Of a stretch of DNA of 62,323 nt, positions 48,139 through 57,779 are shown piece after piece; the first letter of the stretch is position 1, and every line of letters starts with the position of its first letter. Source of the DNA: Candidatus Omnitrophota bacterium. Its GTDB lineage: Bacteria > Omnitrophota > Gorgyraeia > Zapsychrales > Zapsychraceae. The DNA lies in NCBI GenBank assembly GCA_016212005.1, contig JACRHP010000052.1, positions 1 to 62,323 of the forward strand, given 5' to 3'. Position numbers and translations under genes: made by a program. The notes below the pieces were generated by a model. That model was not told the origin of the DNA, did no database searches, and was given only the letters and a program-made list of their open reading frames with translations.

Positions 48139-48782
48139 AATCTCTCGCGAAGGATACGCACCAGAGCCGCCGACATTTCCCTGCGGCTGGCGGCGTATGC
48201 CAATTCTTTTTTATTTTGATCCAGAATATATCCCCGGTACCCCCGCGCGGTCAACTGGTTGGCGACGACCAGATCACAACCGGCATTACGGAAAAGGTCG
48301 CGCGTTTTTACGACCGCCGACCGCCGCGAAATTTTCGGTTCAAGTTTAAACCCTACCAACAATGCTTTCGGATTAAGCCGCTTGACGCTGCGAATGATCT
48401 TCGGGGTGGCCGTCAACTCCAGTTTCAACGTTTTCCGTCCAGAGGGGATCTTCCCCCTCACCGGTCTTTTTAATTGATAGTCCGCGACCGCCGCCGCGTG
48501 AACCACAACAGCCGTGTCTTTACGCAATTCCTTCTTTACCAGTCCTTCCAATTCCGCCAAAAAAGAAAACTTCAATGTCCGGATCCCCTCCGAGGATAGT
48601 GGCCGCTGAACCGGTCCTTCCAGAAGCACAACCCGCGCCCCGGCACGTGCGCAATCGAGAGCAATCTGCTGGCCCAGCGCACCCGTGGATTGGTTGCTTA
48701 AAACACGTACGTCATCGATAGGCACCCAGGTCGGCCCGCAGGTGATGAGAATTTTTTTGTTTTTCAGGGAATGTCCCGCCAC
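48135..48782 (-). CDS. coaB: Stand-alone phosphopantothenate-cysteine ligase domain (CoaB-like)
   Basis: ITCGPT..IDDVR..SNQSTG, HAAAVAD, VGFKLE, VVAN. Confidence 0.8.
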   Translation of the reverse strand: MAGHSLKNKKILITCGPTWVPIDDVRVLSNQSTGALGQQIALDCARAGARVVLLEGPVQRPLSSEGIRTLKFSFLAELEGLVKKELRKDTAVVVHAAAVADYQLKRPVRGKIPSGRKTLKLELTATPKIIRSVKRLNPKALLVGFKLEPKISRRSAVVKTRDLFRNAGCDLVVANQLTARGYRGYILDQNKKELAYAASRREMSAALVRILRERL

Positions 48783-48789
48783 GTCGACC

Positions 48790-49848
48790 TTATAACCCGA
48801 TTTCCTTGAGGATCGCCTTGACGTCCGGCTTTAGTGAAACAGGCGGCTGAACGTTTTTGATAGCGATGTCCGGATCTTTAAGCCCGTGGCCCGTAAGAGT
48901 GCAGACGATGCGGGTGCCTCGATGCTTTTTAAAATACCCGGCCTGATGCAATTTGAGCATACCGGCCACCGAAGCGGCTGAAGCCGGTTCAACGAAAACC
49001 CCGCTTTGTGAAGCCAAACGTTTGTAGGCATCAAGAATTTCGAGGTCGGTGACAGCCTCGATCAACCCCCTGGATTCATCCCGGGCCGCCTCGGCGCTTT
49101 TCCAGCTGGCCGGGTTACCGATCTTAATGGCGGTCGCGATCGTCTGCGGATGTTCGACGATTTTTTTCAAGACAATAGGTGCCGCGCCCGCGGCCTGGAA
49201 CCCGAGCATCTTCGGCAACTGTTTTGACTTCCCGGCTTTTTTATATTCTCCGTAACCTTTCCAATACGCGGTGATATTCCCGGCGTTGCCGACGGGGATC
49301 GAGTGAAACTCCGGCGCATCGCCGAGCGCGTCACAGATCTCGAAAGCCGCCGACTTCTGCCCTTCGATGCGGAAGGGATTGATCGAATTGACCAGTTCAA
49401 CGGGATATTTTTCGGTGATCTCACGGACAAGCGTCAACGCCTCGTCAAAATTCCCCTTGATAGCGACCACCTTGGCCCGGTGGATCATCGCCTGGGCGAG
49501 CTTGCCCAACGCGATATTGCCTTCGGGGATCAGGACCGCGCAACGCATGCCGCAGCGCGCCGCATAGGCCGCCGCCGAAGCCGAGGTATTTCCCGTTGAG
49601 GCGCACATGACGATCGTGCAGCCTTTCTCTTTCGCCTTGGAGATGGCCATCGTCATGCCCCGATCCTTGAATGAACCCGTCGGGTTAAGTCCTTCGTATT
49701 TCAAATAAACTTCCAGACCGGTTTCTGCAGACAGATCGCGGGAAGGAACCAGCGGAGTATTTCCCTCAAGCAACGTAACAACAGGGGTTTTCTTGGTAAC
49801 AGGCAGGAAATCCCGGTACTCTTCAATGACGCCTCTCCAGCTCACCAC
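48790..49848 (-). CDS. thrC: Threonine synthase
   Basis: NPTGSFKDRG, ASTGNTS, PVGNAGN and TGHGLKD. Confidence 0.95.
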   Translation of the reverse strand: MVSWRGVIEEYRDFLPVTKKTPVVTLLEGNTPLVPSRDLSAETGLEVYLKYEGLNPTGSFKDRGMTMAISKAKEKGCTIVMCASTGNTSASAAAYAARCGMRCAVLIPEGNIALGKLAQAMIHRAKVVAIKGNFDEALTLVREITEKYPVELVNSINPFRIEGQKSAAFEICDALGDAPEFHSIPVGNAGNITAYWKGYGEYKKAGKSKQLPKMLGFQAAGAAPIVLKKIVEHPQTIATAIKIGNPASWKSAEAARDESRGLIEAVTDLEILDAYKRLASQSGVFVEPASAASVAGMLKLHQAGYFKKHRGTRIVCTLTGHGLKDPDIAIKNVQPPVSLKPDVKAILKEIGL

Positions 49849-51134
49849 AATTTCTCCATGCGGATGGCAACGGGTTTGCTTTTGACGATCGGCAGCTTCC
49901 AGATCTTTTCAAGAGCTAGACGCAAGTTCTTTTCCATCGTATAATCCGTCAGCATGACAACCGGCACCGCCCACGCCGCGGTGTGCGCCGGCTGGGTGAC
50001 GGAATTAAGCCCGATCCCGTAACGGCCCAAAACGCTGGTGATCTTGCCCAGGACCCCGGGTTTGTCGGTCGCCATAAAACGGATATAGAACCGTGTCTTG
50101 ATCTGGTCGATCTTGCGGATACTGAAATTGGGCGCTTCGCTGTAAAGGTTGCAGAGCAAATTCGCGTCCGCGCCGCGGGATGCCAGGTTCAACAAGTCGC
50201 TTACCACACCCGAGGCGGCCGCCATCTGCCCCGCCCCCTCGCCGGAGAGAAGCACGTCCCCCAGTGGATTGGCATTAAGATAAAACGCGTTGTAAATACC
50301 GCTGATCGAAGCCAATGGATGTCCTTTGGAAATGAGCGTAGGATGCACGCGGGCTTCCACAACGTTCTCGTAGCGTTTGGCGATTGCCAGAAGTTTGATG
50401 GTCAAATTCAGGCTCTCGGCATAGGCGATATCGTCATGCGAAATATGCGTGATTCCTTCGGTATAAATGTCGCTGACCTTCACAAACTTTCCAAAGGCCA
50501 AATACGCCAGGATCGCCAGTTTGTGGGTGGAGTCCATCCCGTTGATATCCAGCGTCGGATTGCTTTCCGCGAACCCTTTTTCCTGCGCCAGCTTCAAAGC
50601 CTTGGTAAACGAAAGGTTGTTTTTGGTCATCTCGGTCAGGATAAAATTGCACGTCCCGTTAATGATCCCGTAAATACGGTTGTACGTGTTGCCCACCATA
50701 CCTTCGGTGATGGTCTTGATGATCGGGATCCCGGCACCGACCGATGATTCAAAATATAACTGGCGGTTCTGCTTTTTAGCTAACTGGAACAATTCCTTGC
50801 CGTAATGGGCGATCAGGACTTTATTGGCCGTGACCACGTGCTTGCCGCGGCGCAACGCCGTTGTCACGATCTCCTTGGCCGGATGCAAACCGCCGATAAG
50901 TTCGATAACAACTTCAGTACTTCTATCGTCCAGGACATCGGATATCTTTTTGGTCAGCCGGGTGGCGCCCAATCCGCGGGTGTCTTTTCTGTGGATGCTC
51001 CGGTCGCAGATCGTTCGCGCAACGAATTCAACCCGGTATTTATCATGGATATAATTTTGCCGCTTCTGCAGGAATTTGATAACGCCTGCGCCGACGACAC
51101 CATAACCGATAAGCCCGACATTAATCTTGCGCAT
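49842..51134 (-). CDS. hom: Homoserine dehydrogenase with ACT domain
   Basis: GYGVVG, VTANK, GIINGT and GEGAG; start MRKINV at 51134. Confidence 0.95.
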   Translation of the reverse strand: MRKINVGLIGYGVVGAGVIKFLQKRQNYIHDKYRVEFVARTICDRSIHRKDTRGLGATRLTKKISDVLDDRSTEVVIELIGGLHPAKEIVTTALRRGKHVVTANKVLIAHYGKELFQLAKKQNRQLYFESSVGAGIPIIKTITEGMVGNTYNRIYGIINGTCNFILTEMTKNNLSFTKALKLAQEKGFAESNPTLDINGMDSTHKLAILAYLAFGKFVKVSDIYTEGITHISHDDIAYAESLNLTIKLLAIAKRYENVVEARVHPTLISKGHPLASISGIYNAFYLNANPLGDVLLSGEGAGQMAAASGVVSDLLNLASRGADANLLCNLYSEAPNFSIRKIDQIKTRFYIRFMATDKPGVLGKITSVLGRYGIGLNSVTQPAHTAAWAVPVVMLTDYTMEKNLRLALEKIWKLPIVKSKPVAIRMEKLW

Positions 51135-51489
51135 GATTCTTGTTTTCTCCGTTCTTGAAAAATTCAATCAGCTTTGCCAGCAAGAATTCTCCTTCGGGAT
51201 CGAGGAACTCGAATGCCAGCCTCGTCTCATAAATCAAACTTTTTACTTTCTCATGGGATTCCAGGACATTCCCTTCCAGATAAGTTGTTTCAGCCAGATA
51301 AGGGGTCTTCAGCTCAATACCGATTTTCGTTCCGACCGCGAATTGCCTGGAGGTCACAAAACACATCCCCCCATGTCCGATATTCTTCAGTTGGGTCAAC
51401 TCGTAGCGATGTTCAGGGTGGTCTTTTTCGAAATACGACAATATAAAATGTTTGTGGATACGTTTGCCTTTACGCCGTTCTTGTACCAT
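51121..51489 (-). CDS. Stand-alone PilZ domain protein
   Basis: RRKGKR (RxxxR) and NIGHGG motifs. Confidence 0.75.
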   Translation of the reverse strand: MVQERRKGKRIHKHFILSYFEKDHPEHRYELTQLKNIGHGGMCFVTSRQFAVGTKIGIELKTPYLAETTYLEGNVLESHEKVKSLIYETRLAFEFLDPEGEFLLAKLIEFFKNGENKNHAQD

Positions 51490-51556
51490 TTTGCCTTCTC
51501 CACTTGCGGGTTAGCAGCCTGGCAGGAGAAAACCCGAACATCTCCCAATAATTTGA

Positions 51557-51630
51557 TCGGAGCGGACGGGCTTGAACCGTCGACCTCTTGAACCCCATTC
51601 AAGTGCGCTAGCCAACTGCGCTACGCTCCG
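51557..51630 (-). tRNA. tRNA-Pro(GGG)
   Basis: CGGAGCGTAGCGCAGTTGGCTAGCGCACTTGAATGGGGTTCAAGAGGTCGACGGTTCAAGCCCGTCCGCTCCGA folds as a cloverleaf; CCA not encoded. Confidence 0.95.
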
Positions 51631-51633
51631 TTA

Positions 51634-52728
51634 TTATTTAACTAATTCTATATCAACAGTTTGTGAAATGTTACTATTTTCAGACTTTTGCGATTCTGGC
51701 GAAAGTGTCCAAAAAGTGTCCATTCTCCGACCCAAAACGTCAACCGCATGCTTCTTATGACTTGGTGACAAATGGCTATATCGCAGCGTCATTCGAATAT
51801 CCTTATGCCCTAACAATTCCCGCACCGTATTAATATCTATCCCAGACATGACCAGTTGACTGGCAAAAGTATGCCTTAAGTCGTGGAAATGAAAATCTTT
51901 TATACCAGACTTTTTCAGGGCTGTAAAGAAGGATTTCCGGATATCGTGACATGGTTTACCAAGTGAATTACAGAAAATATATGGGCTTTCGGGGTGCTTT
52001 CGAACCCGGATCAGAGCAGTCTTGACTTGCTCATTTATGTAGACTTCGCGCTTTTCCCCGTTCTTGGTATCAAGCAAAGTAATGATATTGTTCTTAAAAT
52101 CCACATCATGCCATTTAAGGCCGAAGAGTTCGCCTCTACGCATGCCGGTATTGAGCGCCAGGACAACGACCGGTCTCAACCTCTTGTTACAATTGGCCAG
52201 GACCTTGACGATTTCCTCCCTTTCGAGGAAACGCAAACGGCCCGCAGGTTCCTTAAGAAATTTGACGTTTCGGGCCGTGCTCTCATGCAGCTTGTCCCAG
52301 ATTACGGCTTTCGAGAACATTGTTTTCAGAGTGGCCAGCTCACGGTTGACCGTTGCAGGGCCGACCTGCCCGGAGCGTTCGAGCTTAAATTTCTCAATGT
52401 CTTTGATAGCGATCGTGTAGAGGTATTTACCCCCGAAATATCCCTTGAGGGTTTCGAGATTATAAAAATCGGACTTCCAGCTTTTCTTGTTGGCTTTGCA
52501 GTGGATATTCAGAAATTCCGCTGCGAAGTCCTCGAACTTAATCTTTTCCTTCTTGCAAACATCGAGGAATCTGCCCTCGGCAATCTCGACCTTCCGTTTC
52601 GCCAGAACAGCTTCAGCCAATTTCCTGCTGTAACCAATAGTTTCCCGACGACGCTTACCGTTCGGGGAACGATAATCAATCATCCACATCCCGTTTTTCT
52701 TTTGTTTTAAACCCTTTAATTTTTTCAT
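51634..52728 (-). CDS. int: Tyrosine integrase
   Basis: TGMRRGE, TKNG, HDLRHTFAS, LLGH and RYSH. Confidence 0.95.
   Translation of the reverse strand: MKKLKGLKQKKNGMWMIDYRSPNGKRRRETIGYSRKLAEAVLAKRKVEIAEGRFLDVCKKEKIKFEDFAAEFLNIHCKANKKSWKSDFYNLETLKGYFGGKYLYTIAIKDIEKFKLERSGQVGPATVNRELATLKTMFSKAVIWDKLHESTARNVKFLKEPAGRLRFLEREEIVKVLANCNKRLRPVVVLALNTGMRRGELFGLKWHDVDFKNNIITLLDTKNGEKREVYINEQVKTALIRVRKHPESPYIFCNSLGKPCHDIRKSFFTALKKSGIKDFHFHDLRHTFASQLVMSGIDINTVRELLGHKDIRMTLRYSHLSPSHKKHAVDVLGRRMDTFWTLSPESQKSENSNISQTVDIELVK
51705..51722. repeat. Putative integrase arm-type sites (left)
   Basis: GTGTCCAAAAAGTGTCCA, identical to 60337-60354. Confidence 0.7.
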
Positions 52729-52754
52729 AATAACTAGTATAAATATTAATGGAT

Positions 52755-52937
52755 TTAATTATACACCTTGACCGACTTTTCCTCTAGCCATTTTTCAATC
52801 TCTGAGAGTTCAAATCTAACCAGCCGGCCAATCTTATAATGCGGGATCTGTTTTGTGTGAACCCACGCATAAATGGTTCCGGCTTTGATCGCCAAATAAT
52901 CAGATAATTCTTTTATGTCAATACGTCTATTACTCAA
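52755..52937 (-). CDS. Excisionase-like HTH (HTH_17)
   Basis: IKELSDYL..GTIYAWV..IPHYKIGRLVRF. Confidence 0.85.
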   Translation of the reverse strand: MSNRRIDIKELSDYLAIKAGTIYAWVHTKQIPHYKIGRLVRFELSEIEKWLEEKSVKVYN

Positions 52938-53290
52938 TTCGAGTCCTTTTTAAAGACATCATCCACCTGTTTGGAGAGCTCCAGAAGCTCGGCGATTTCT
53001 CCCTTCGTGGCCGGCCAGTCCTGATCGACGTTAACCCGGGCAGCTTCAATCAAAGCCTTGAAATCAATTTTCAATCCATAGGTACTTTCCAGCTGGTCGC
53101 AAAGCAATCTTTGAAACTCTAGAATCTGCGCATACAATCGGATATCGTTTTCAAAGAATTTCTTGAAGACAACCTGGAGACTGTTTCTGTCCTTATTCAT
53201 CAGATCAACAAGGAAGCTGATGGCCTCCTGCGGGTCATTGAATTCCATTTTAGGGCCTTTCTCAAAGATATCAGGAGAAAGTTCTGCCAT
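52934..53290 (-). CDS. Hypothetical protein
   Basis: GGAGGTG RBS; stop overlaps the next start. Confidence 0.65.
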   Translation of the reverse strand: MAELSPDIFEKGPKMEFNDPQEAISFLVDLMNKDRNSLQVVFKKFFENDIRLYAQILEFQRLLCDQLESTYGLKIDFKALIEAARVNVDQDWPATKGEIAELLELSKQVDDVFKKDSN

Positions 53291-53325
53291 ATATCACCTC
53301 CGTTTAAATAGCGGGTTAATCTGCA

Positions 53326-54900
53326 CTATGTATGCCTTCTTATGGTATTACGCAAACTGGAATTCCGGTAAAGCGCTTCTTCAATCACACCCGTTATAGC
53401 AGCGCGATTCCGATAAACATCTTGGGCATCCCACGCCTGGATCACAATAACCGGCTGGTTAGTCACGTACTGGTTGCCGAGGGACCGCCCCCGGTTCAAA
53501 AGGTTGATATTGTCCTCCCCCAATGCGCCAACGGCGCGGCGGGAAAGCACGGCTTCCCCGCTTTGCGCGATAATAGGAACCTCATCCCTGGCCATAAAAC
53601 CGTTGTGCGCCCTAATCATCCCGCCGGCGTGGAATTCCTTAAGACCAAGCAAATTAAAAGGTGATGTTATTCCGAACATCCGGCCAAGCGTCATGGTTAT
53701 CAGCCATTTCCCGGCCACGTCCGCGAGGATCCGCATAATCGACCGGCCGAAATCAGCGAACATTTCTCTCGCGCCTTTTATTTGTTCAGAAAACGGATTG
53801 AAGAAAAAGTCCCCCATTGACTTGGCCATGGCCTGCGCGGCCTGGGCAGAGGTGTCTTTCATGACGTCAGCCATTGTCTTGGTCTGCGTTATGACATCCC
53901 CGATCTGTTCTTTCAATTTTGCATAATCAAGACCGGCGCCACCCGAAAGCCATTTTATTAAACCCCCAAACGTTTTCCTTATCTGTTCGACAGATTTATC
54001 CACTCTATCGGCCAGACCGCCGGGCACTGTTCCAGACATCCCGGCTTCAAGAATCTTCCGTATTTCTCCTTCGATCTGAGCGACCATCTTGTGCTGTTCG
54101 ATCGAATCTGCACGCAAGCTGCCGGAGAATTTATCAAGGGCATCAGAAGCCGCCAGGAAAGCCTCTTGCTGCGCCCCAGGGACCCGGGCAAGGACCTTCA
54201 TAAAACCAGACAAGTGAACGGATGCGGTGATTAACCCATCGACCAAGCCCCCCATCATCTTATTAAAACCCAGTTGTACCATTTTGATGCCAATTTCGAT
54301 CGCGTTCAGAATCGGGATGACTACTTTTTTGACCTTATCCCAGTGGACAATCATAAGAACGATACCGCCTACAAGCAGCATGATGCTACCCACAATCCCA
54401 ATGATGATCCACTGGGCCGGGGTTAATGCCAAAACGAACGCGACGATCGCTGCCCTGGCTCTAAGTAAATTTACAACCAATTTCCCGATGACCGCTACCG
54501 CCGTAAGAGCAATACCAACCCAAAGCCCGATCTGGACGATATTTGTTTGCACCACGGGCCCGAGGCTATTCCATGCCTGGTAGAGCCTCCCAATGGCATT
54601 CGTGAGCGTTTGGACGGTAGGGATCATGGCTGTGGCCACGCTCAATTGAAAGGCTGCTGTAACCGTTTTGACCTTTTCCAACTCATCACTGACCGCCCGG
54701 CTATACCGGGCCGCGCCATGAAAGGCTAACGCCATAGGACCAGTGATCGCGGCGCCCAACATCAAGGCGGCGTTACTGATGTCATTTATCTGCCTCGCCA
54801 TGTAGCGGGAATCGGATATAAACTTTTTGGCCATGGTGTTGAAATTCTTCGTTACTTCGTCTTTCAAACGGAAAATAATTTCCAGGACCCTATTTGTCAT
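53326..54900 (-). CDS. Short tail tape-measure-like protein
   Basis: Helical Ala/Gly-rich body, central hydrophobic segment ending HWDKVK, C-terminal FHAGG..DEVP..QSGEAV. Confidence 0.75.
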   Translation of the reverse strand: MTNRVLEIIFRLKDEVTKNFNTMAKKFISDSRYMARQINDISNAALMLGAAITGPMALAFHGAARYSRAVSDELEKVKTVTAAFQLSVATAMIPTVQTLTNAIGRLYQAWNSLGPVVQTNIVQIGLWVGIALTAVAVIGKLVVNLLRARAAIVAFVLALTPAQWIIIGIVGSIMLLVGGIVLMIVHWDKVKKVVIPILNAIEIGIKMVQLGFNKMMGGLVDGLITASVHLSGFMKVLARVPGAQQEAFLAASDALDKFSGSLRADSIEQHKMVAQIEGEIRKILEAGMSGTVPGGLADRVDKSVEQIRKTFGGLIKWLSGGAGLDYAKLKEQIGDVITQTKTMADVMKDTSAQAAQAMAKSMGDFFFNPFSEQIKGAREMFADFGRSIMRILADVAGKWLITMTLGRMFGITSPFNLLGLKEFHAGGMIRAHNGFMARDEVPIIAQSGEAVLSRRAVGALGEDNINLLNRGRSLGNQYVTNQPVIVIQAWDAQDVYRNRAAITGVIEEALYRNSSLRNTIRRHT

Positions 54901-54903
54901 TGT

Positions 54904-55371
54904 TCACTCTCTTTCCGGCAGATCAATCTGCCCGTAACGCTTTACTGCTTCTTTGAAAAATACGATCGCTTTATGTTCACAATCCAAGGTCCTCTCTCGA
55001 ATAACCCGAGCGAGTTCCTCAACATCCGCCTTCTTAATAAGCGCTGGCAAGTCGACGTATAAAAATTGCCTTAATGATACAGCTTCCGATTCAGCAATTT
55101 CACACCGCAGGATATCCACAATATTTCTCGGCAGATCCAATACGTTCCTTTCCAGTAACCAACTGTTAATGTCTCTAAGGGGATAAACATACTGCTTTGT
55201 CCCGATCTTCTCACGCGGCAACCCTGACCTGATCCAGTACTCGATTGTCTTGAAACTCTTTCCGTAAAATTCTGCCACTTCCGAAATAGATTCCAGAGCA
55301 TAGCCAAGATTACCCTCGTCGATATATTTTAATGCTTGTTTGTCATTCTCAGTCGTCATATTGTAACTCAT
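54904..55371 (-). CDS. Nu1-like terminase small subunit / wHTH DNA-packaging protein
   Basis: EVAEFYGKSFKTIEYWIRSGLP..YVYPLRDINSWLLER resembles the lambda gpNu1 N-terminus; start 55371 after a GGAG RBS. Confidence 0.65.
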   Translation of the reverse strand: MSYNMTTENDKQALKYIDEGNLGYALESISEVAEFYGKSFKTIEYWIRSGLPREKIGTKQYVYPLRDINSWLLERNVLDLPRNIVDILRCEIAESEAVSLRQFLYVDLPALIKKADVEELARVIRERTLDCEHKAIVFFKEAVKRYGQIDLPERE

Positions 55372-55414
55372 TGCATCTCCTTCCCTTATAGAAAAAAATA
55401 TTTCCTCGACGCTG

Positions 55415-55465
55415 GCCGCGCGCCCCGCGCGCGACCCGCAATGGGCACCGGCAATAGAAGGACCC
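55415..55465 (-). other. cosQ/cosN-like packaging site
   Basis: Minus strand GGGTCCT-N17-TTGCG-GGTCGCGCGCGG, just upstream of the Nu1-like gene. Confidence 0.5.
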
Positions 55466-55700
55466 AAATAATTCCCGGGCATCTTTGATACGGCGCACAT
55501 CAACCAGGCTGGCAGCCTCTCCACATAACTACCGGTCCCGAGTGTTACACATTGCCCTTTTAAATCGTGTGCGGAGAAGGGAGAAGGATGGGCTCCCTCT
55601 GTCATGCACTCATCGCACCGTTTTCATAACAAAGCCTCGAGACAGAGAGGAAGTATAGCAAGGATCTATCCCAAAGCTCCTCCGCATATTGTTCACCGGC

Positions 55701-56366
55701 CTACACACTTTCCTTGAGAGGTACTTCCATTTTCCTGCGGCATTTATCCAGGACACGTGGAACCTCTTCATCGACTCTAAGCGCACTGGCCCAAGTAGCA
55801 TCACTCTGAATCTCCGTAATCTTTTCGTAATAAGTCGGGTACTTCACGGATGCCCTTAGCTTCTCTTCCTCTTCCTTCATCAAAGGATCGGTGTCTGGGT
55901 CGGATTCAAAAATAGTCCCGCGTCTTAGACGCTCTTCAGCCTTAACTCTTCCAAAAAGCTGTTCAGCTACGATCAAAAGCCTGGCTTTTGCCTTCGCTAA
56001 TTCTCCGACCAGCTTGTTACGTTCCGGCAATAGAGCGTTTTGTTTTTTACCGGCAACATCATTTGCATTCTGGGCAATGGCTTCGTAAGTCTCGCGTAAT
56101 CTCTCTTCCAGCTTAACGATGCCTTCCGCGACCGCTTCCGAATCAAGACGGACATTTTCCACCCGTCGATCAGCTTCCCTGACCTGGTCATCGGAAATAG
56201 GCTCACCGCATAATTTTCTTTGCCGTAACTCCTTGGCTTGGGCTCGCAACAAGTCTTGCTGTTTCGCATATTCGCTCCGCTCTTGCTCCAAGGCCACGAT
56301 CTGCTCGGCAATTTCCTCCGGGTTATTACTTTTACTGTTGAGAATCTTTAAAAAATTGAATTTCAT
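55701..56366 (-). CDS. Coiled-coil hypothetical protein
   Basis: 221 aa, E/K/R-rich heptads, with an RBS. Confidence 0.7.
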   Translation of the reverse strand: MKFNFLKILNSKSNNPEEIAEQIVALEQERSEYAKQQDLLRAQAKELRQRKLCGEPISDDQVREADRRVENVRLDSEAVAEGIVKLEERLRETYEAIAQNANDVAGKKQNALLPERNKLVGELAKAKARLLIVAEQLFGRVKAEERLRRGTIFESDPDTDPLMKEEEEKLRASVKYPTYYEKITEIQSDATWASALRVDEEVPRVLDKCRRKMEVPLKESV

Positions 56367-56403
56367 TTCGACGCCCCTTTCCTATTTTGTTGATGATTTC
56401 TAT

Positions 56404-57315
56404 TTACGGAGCCGCAACGGTTGCGGCCTCCGTTTTTCCCTCACAAATTGCTGAATTGAGATTGCCTGCGTCCTGCTTTTCCCTTATCAATTCGGATTCA
56501 ATTCTTAGGAATGCTGTCCCATTGCTCCCCCGGTACCTCTTCTTCAAAAATTGTTCGATTTTCCACCAAAGTATCTGCGGCATTTCCCGCATCATGGCCT
56601 TTATCATACCGTCCGTGGCAATTTTCCCGAGACGGTCTTCAATAAGGCGGTCCCAATTGACAACCTTCCCATTGCCACCAGCTGGACGCCCCTGGTCCTT
56701 ATTTCTGCGCTCCCACGTGCGTACAGCGGCCCGCCAGTCCTTCATTTTGTTATTGCCTACCCGCCAGCCCTGTGATTGGTAAAAATCAAAAAACGTCTCG
56801 GGATCTATCTGGTTCTTACGGTCAATGCAGAAAGCCTTGATCTCCTCTAATGCAGGCGGTAGGAATATACCCTTTCCCGTCTTTCCACTCCTTTCAGTAC
56901 CGTCATCCTTTTTTACCTTTACCTTACCATTACCTTTACCTGGACCCCTGCTAAGCCCCTTGTCAGGGGCTGGCAAGCCCCTTAATATTCCTTCTTTTTG
57001 AAGGATATTTATAATGGCACGATGAGCGTTGTTTTCCGGATTAAGCTCATCGAGGGATAATATCTTCTGTTGAAAAAGCACAAACTTTTTTATAAACCAT
57101 TTTTCCGTAGAGATAACAACGACGCGATCAGTAAAAATTTTCAAATCAAAGGATTCTTGCCCGCAATGGAATTTTACTAGAGGCCAATTCACATTCCAAA
57201 TACCGGCATGATTGCAAGTATCACAAAGATAAACCCAAAAAAGTTTATAGGGTGGGGGTAATCCGCAGAACCACGGGTCATTCCATTTTTCGGTTGCAGT
57301 GAATCTATTCGTCAT
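56404..57315 (-). CDS. Phage-type replication initiator
   Basis: N-terminal W.DPWF..L....KL...YL; C-terminal FFDFYQSQGW..MKDWRAAVRTWE; low-complexity linker with DNA repeats. Confidence 0.75.
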   Translation of the reverse strand: MTNRFTATEKWNDPWFCGLPPPYKLFWVYLCDTCNHAGIWNVNWPLVKFHCGQESFDLKIFTDRVVVISTEKWFIKKFVLFQQKILSLDELNPENNAHRAIINILQKEGILRGLPAPDKGLSRGPGKGNGKVKVKKDDGTERSGKTGKGIFLPPALEEIKAFCIDRKNQIDPETFFDFYQSQGWRVGNNKMKDWRAAVRTWERRNKDQGRPAGGNGKVVNWDRLIEDRLGKIATDGMIKAMMREMPQILWWKIEQFLKKRYRGSNGTAFLRIESELIREKQDAGNLNSAICEGKTEAATVAAP

Positions 57316-57323
57316 TCCAACAC

Positions 57324-57635
57324 CTATCCTCCGCTATAAATTCCATGTCTCGCGCTGAACTTATCGATAATTCGCAGATATTCCGCTATGATTGGTTTAT
57401 GAAGCGCATCTCCGGCCTTCTTCGTAAGCGGCCGGAAGCAATAAAATTGGTTCCCCGTAGAAGAAAACTTCGTCGGGTAGACTAAACGAAAGCCATCAGG
57501 AGAGTTTAAAGAGGTGAAAATAGCAATACCACCAACGGCAAAATCGCCGTTGATAGTCGCGGAGGCGAAAGCGACAAGACCGTCTTTGGGAGAGATCGGA
57601 ACAATCTGAATTTGAGAAATCGATAGACAATCCAT
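57324..57635 (-). CDS. SpoVG-family nucleic acid-binding protein
   Basis: LVAFAS..I...FAV.GIAI..RLVYP..FRPL. Confidence 0.75.
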   Translation of the reverse strand: MDCLSISQIQIVPISPKDGLVAFASATINGDFAVGGIAIFTSLNSPDGFRLVYPTKFSSTGNQFYCFRPLTKKAGDALHKPIIAEYLRIIDKFSARHGIYSGG

Positions 57636-57779
57636 GTTCTTACTTTTTTAAATAATTCTTAACTCTATTATCCAGAACACCAAAAAGATTGCCATGCTAA
57701 AAATCGGATACGAATTTAACAGAAGGGGGGCTAGTATTTCGAATATTGGGCAGATGTGACCAGATTGGTCAGGAACATC

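Noticed and set aside
55372-55804. N-terminal extension of ORF 54904..55605 and ORF 55610..55804
   Set aside because: The extension runs through the cos-like site and a better RBS/start exists at 55371. The small ORF overlaps the 221-aa gene.
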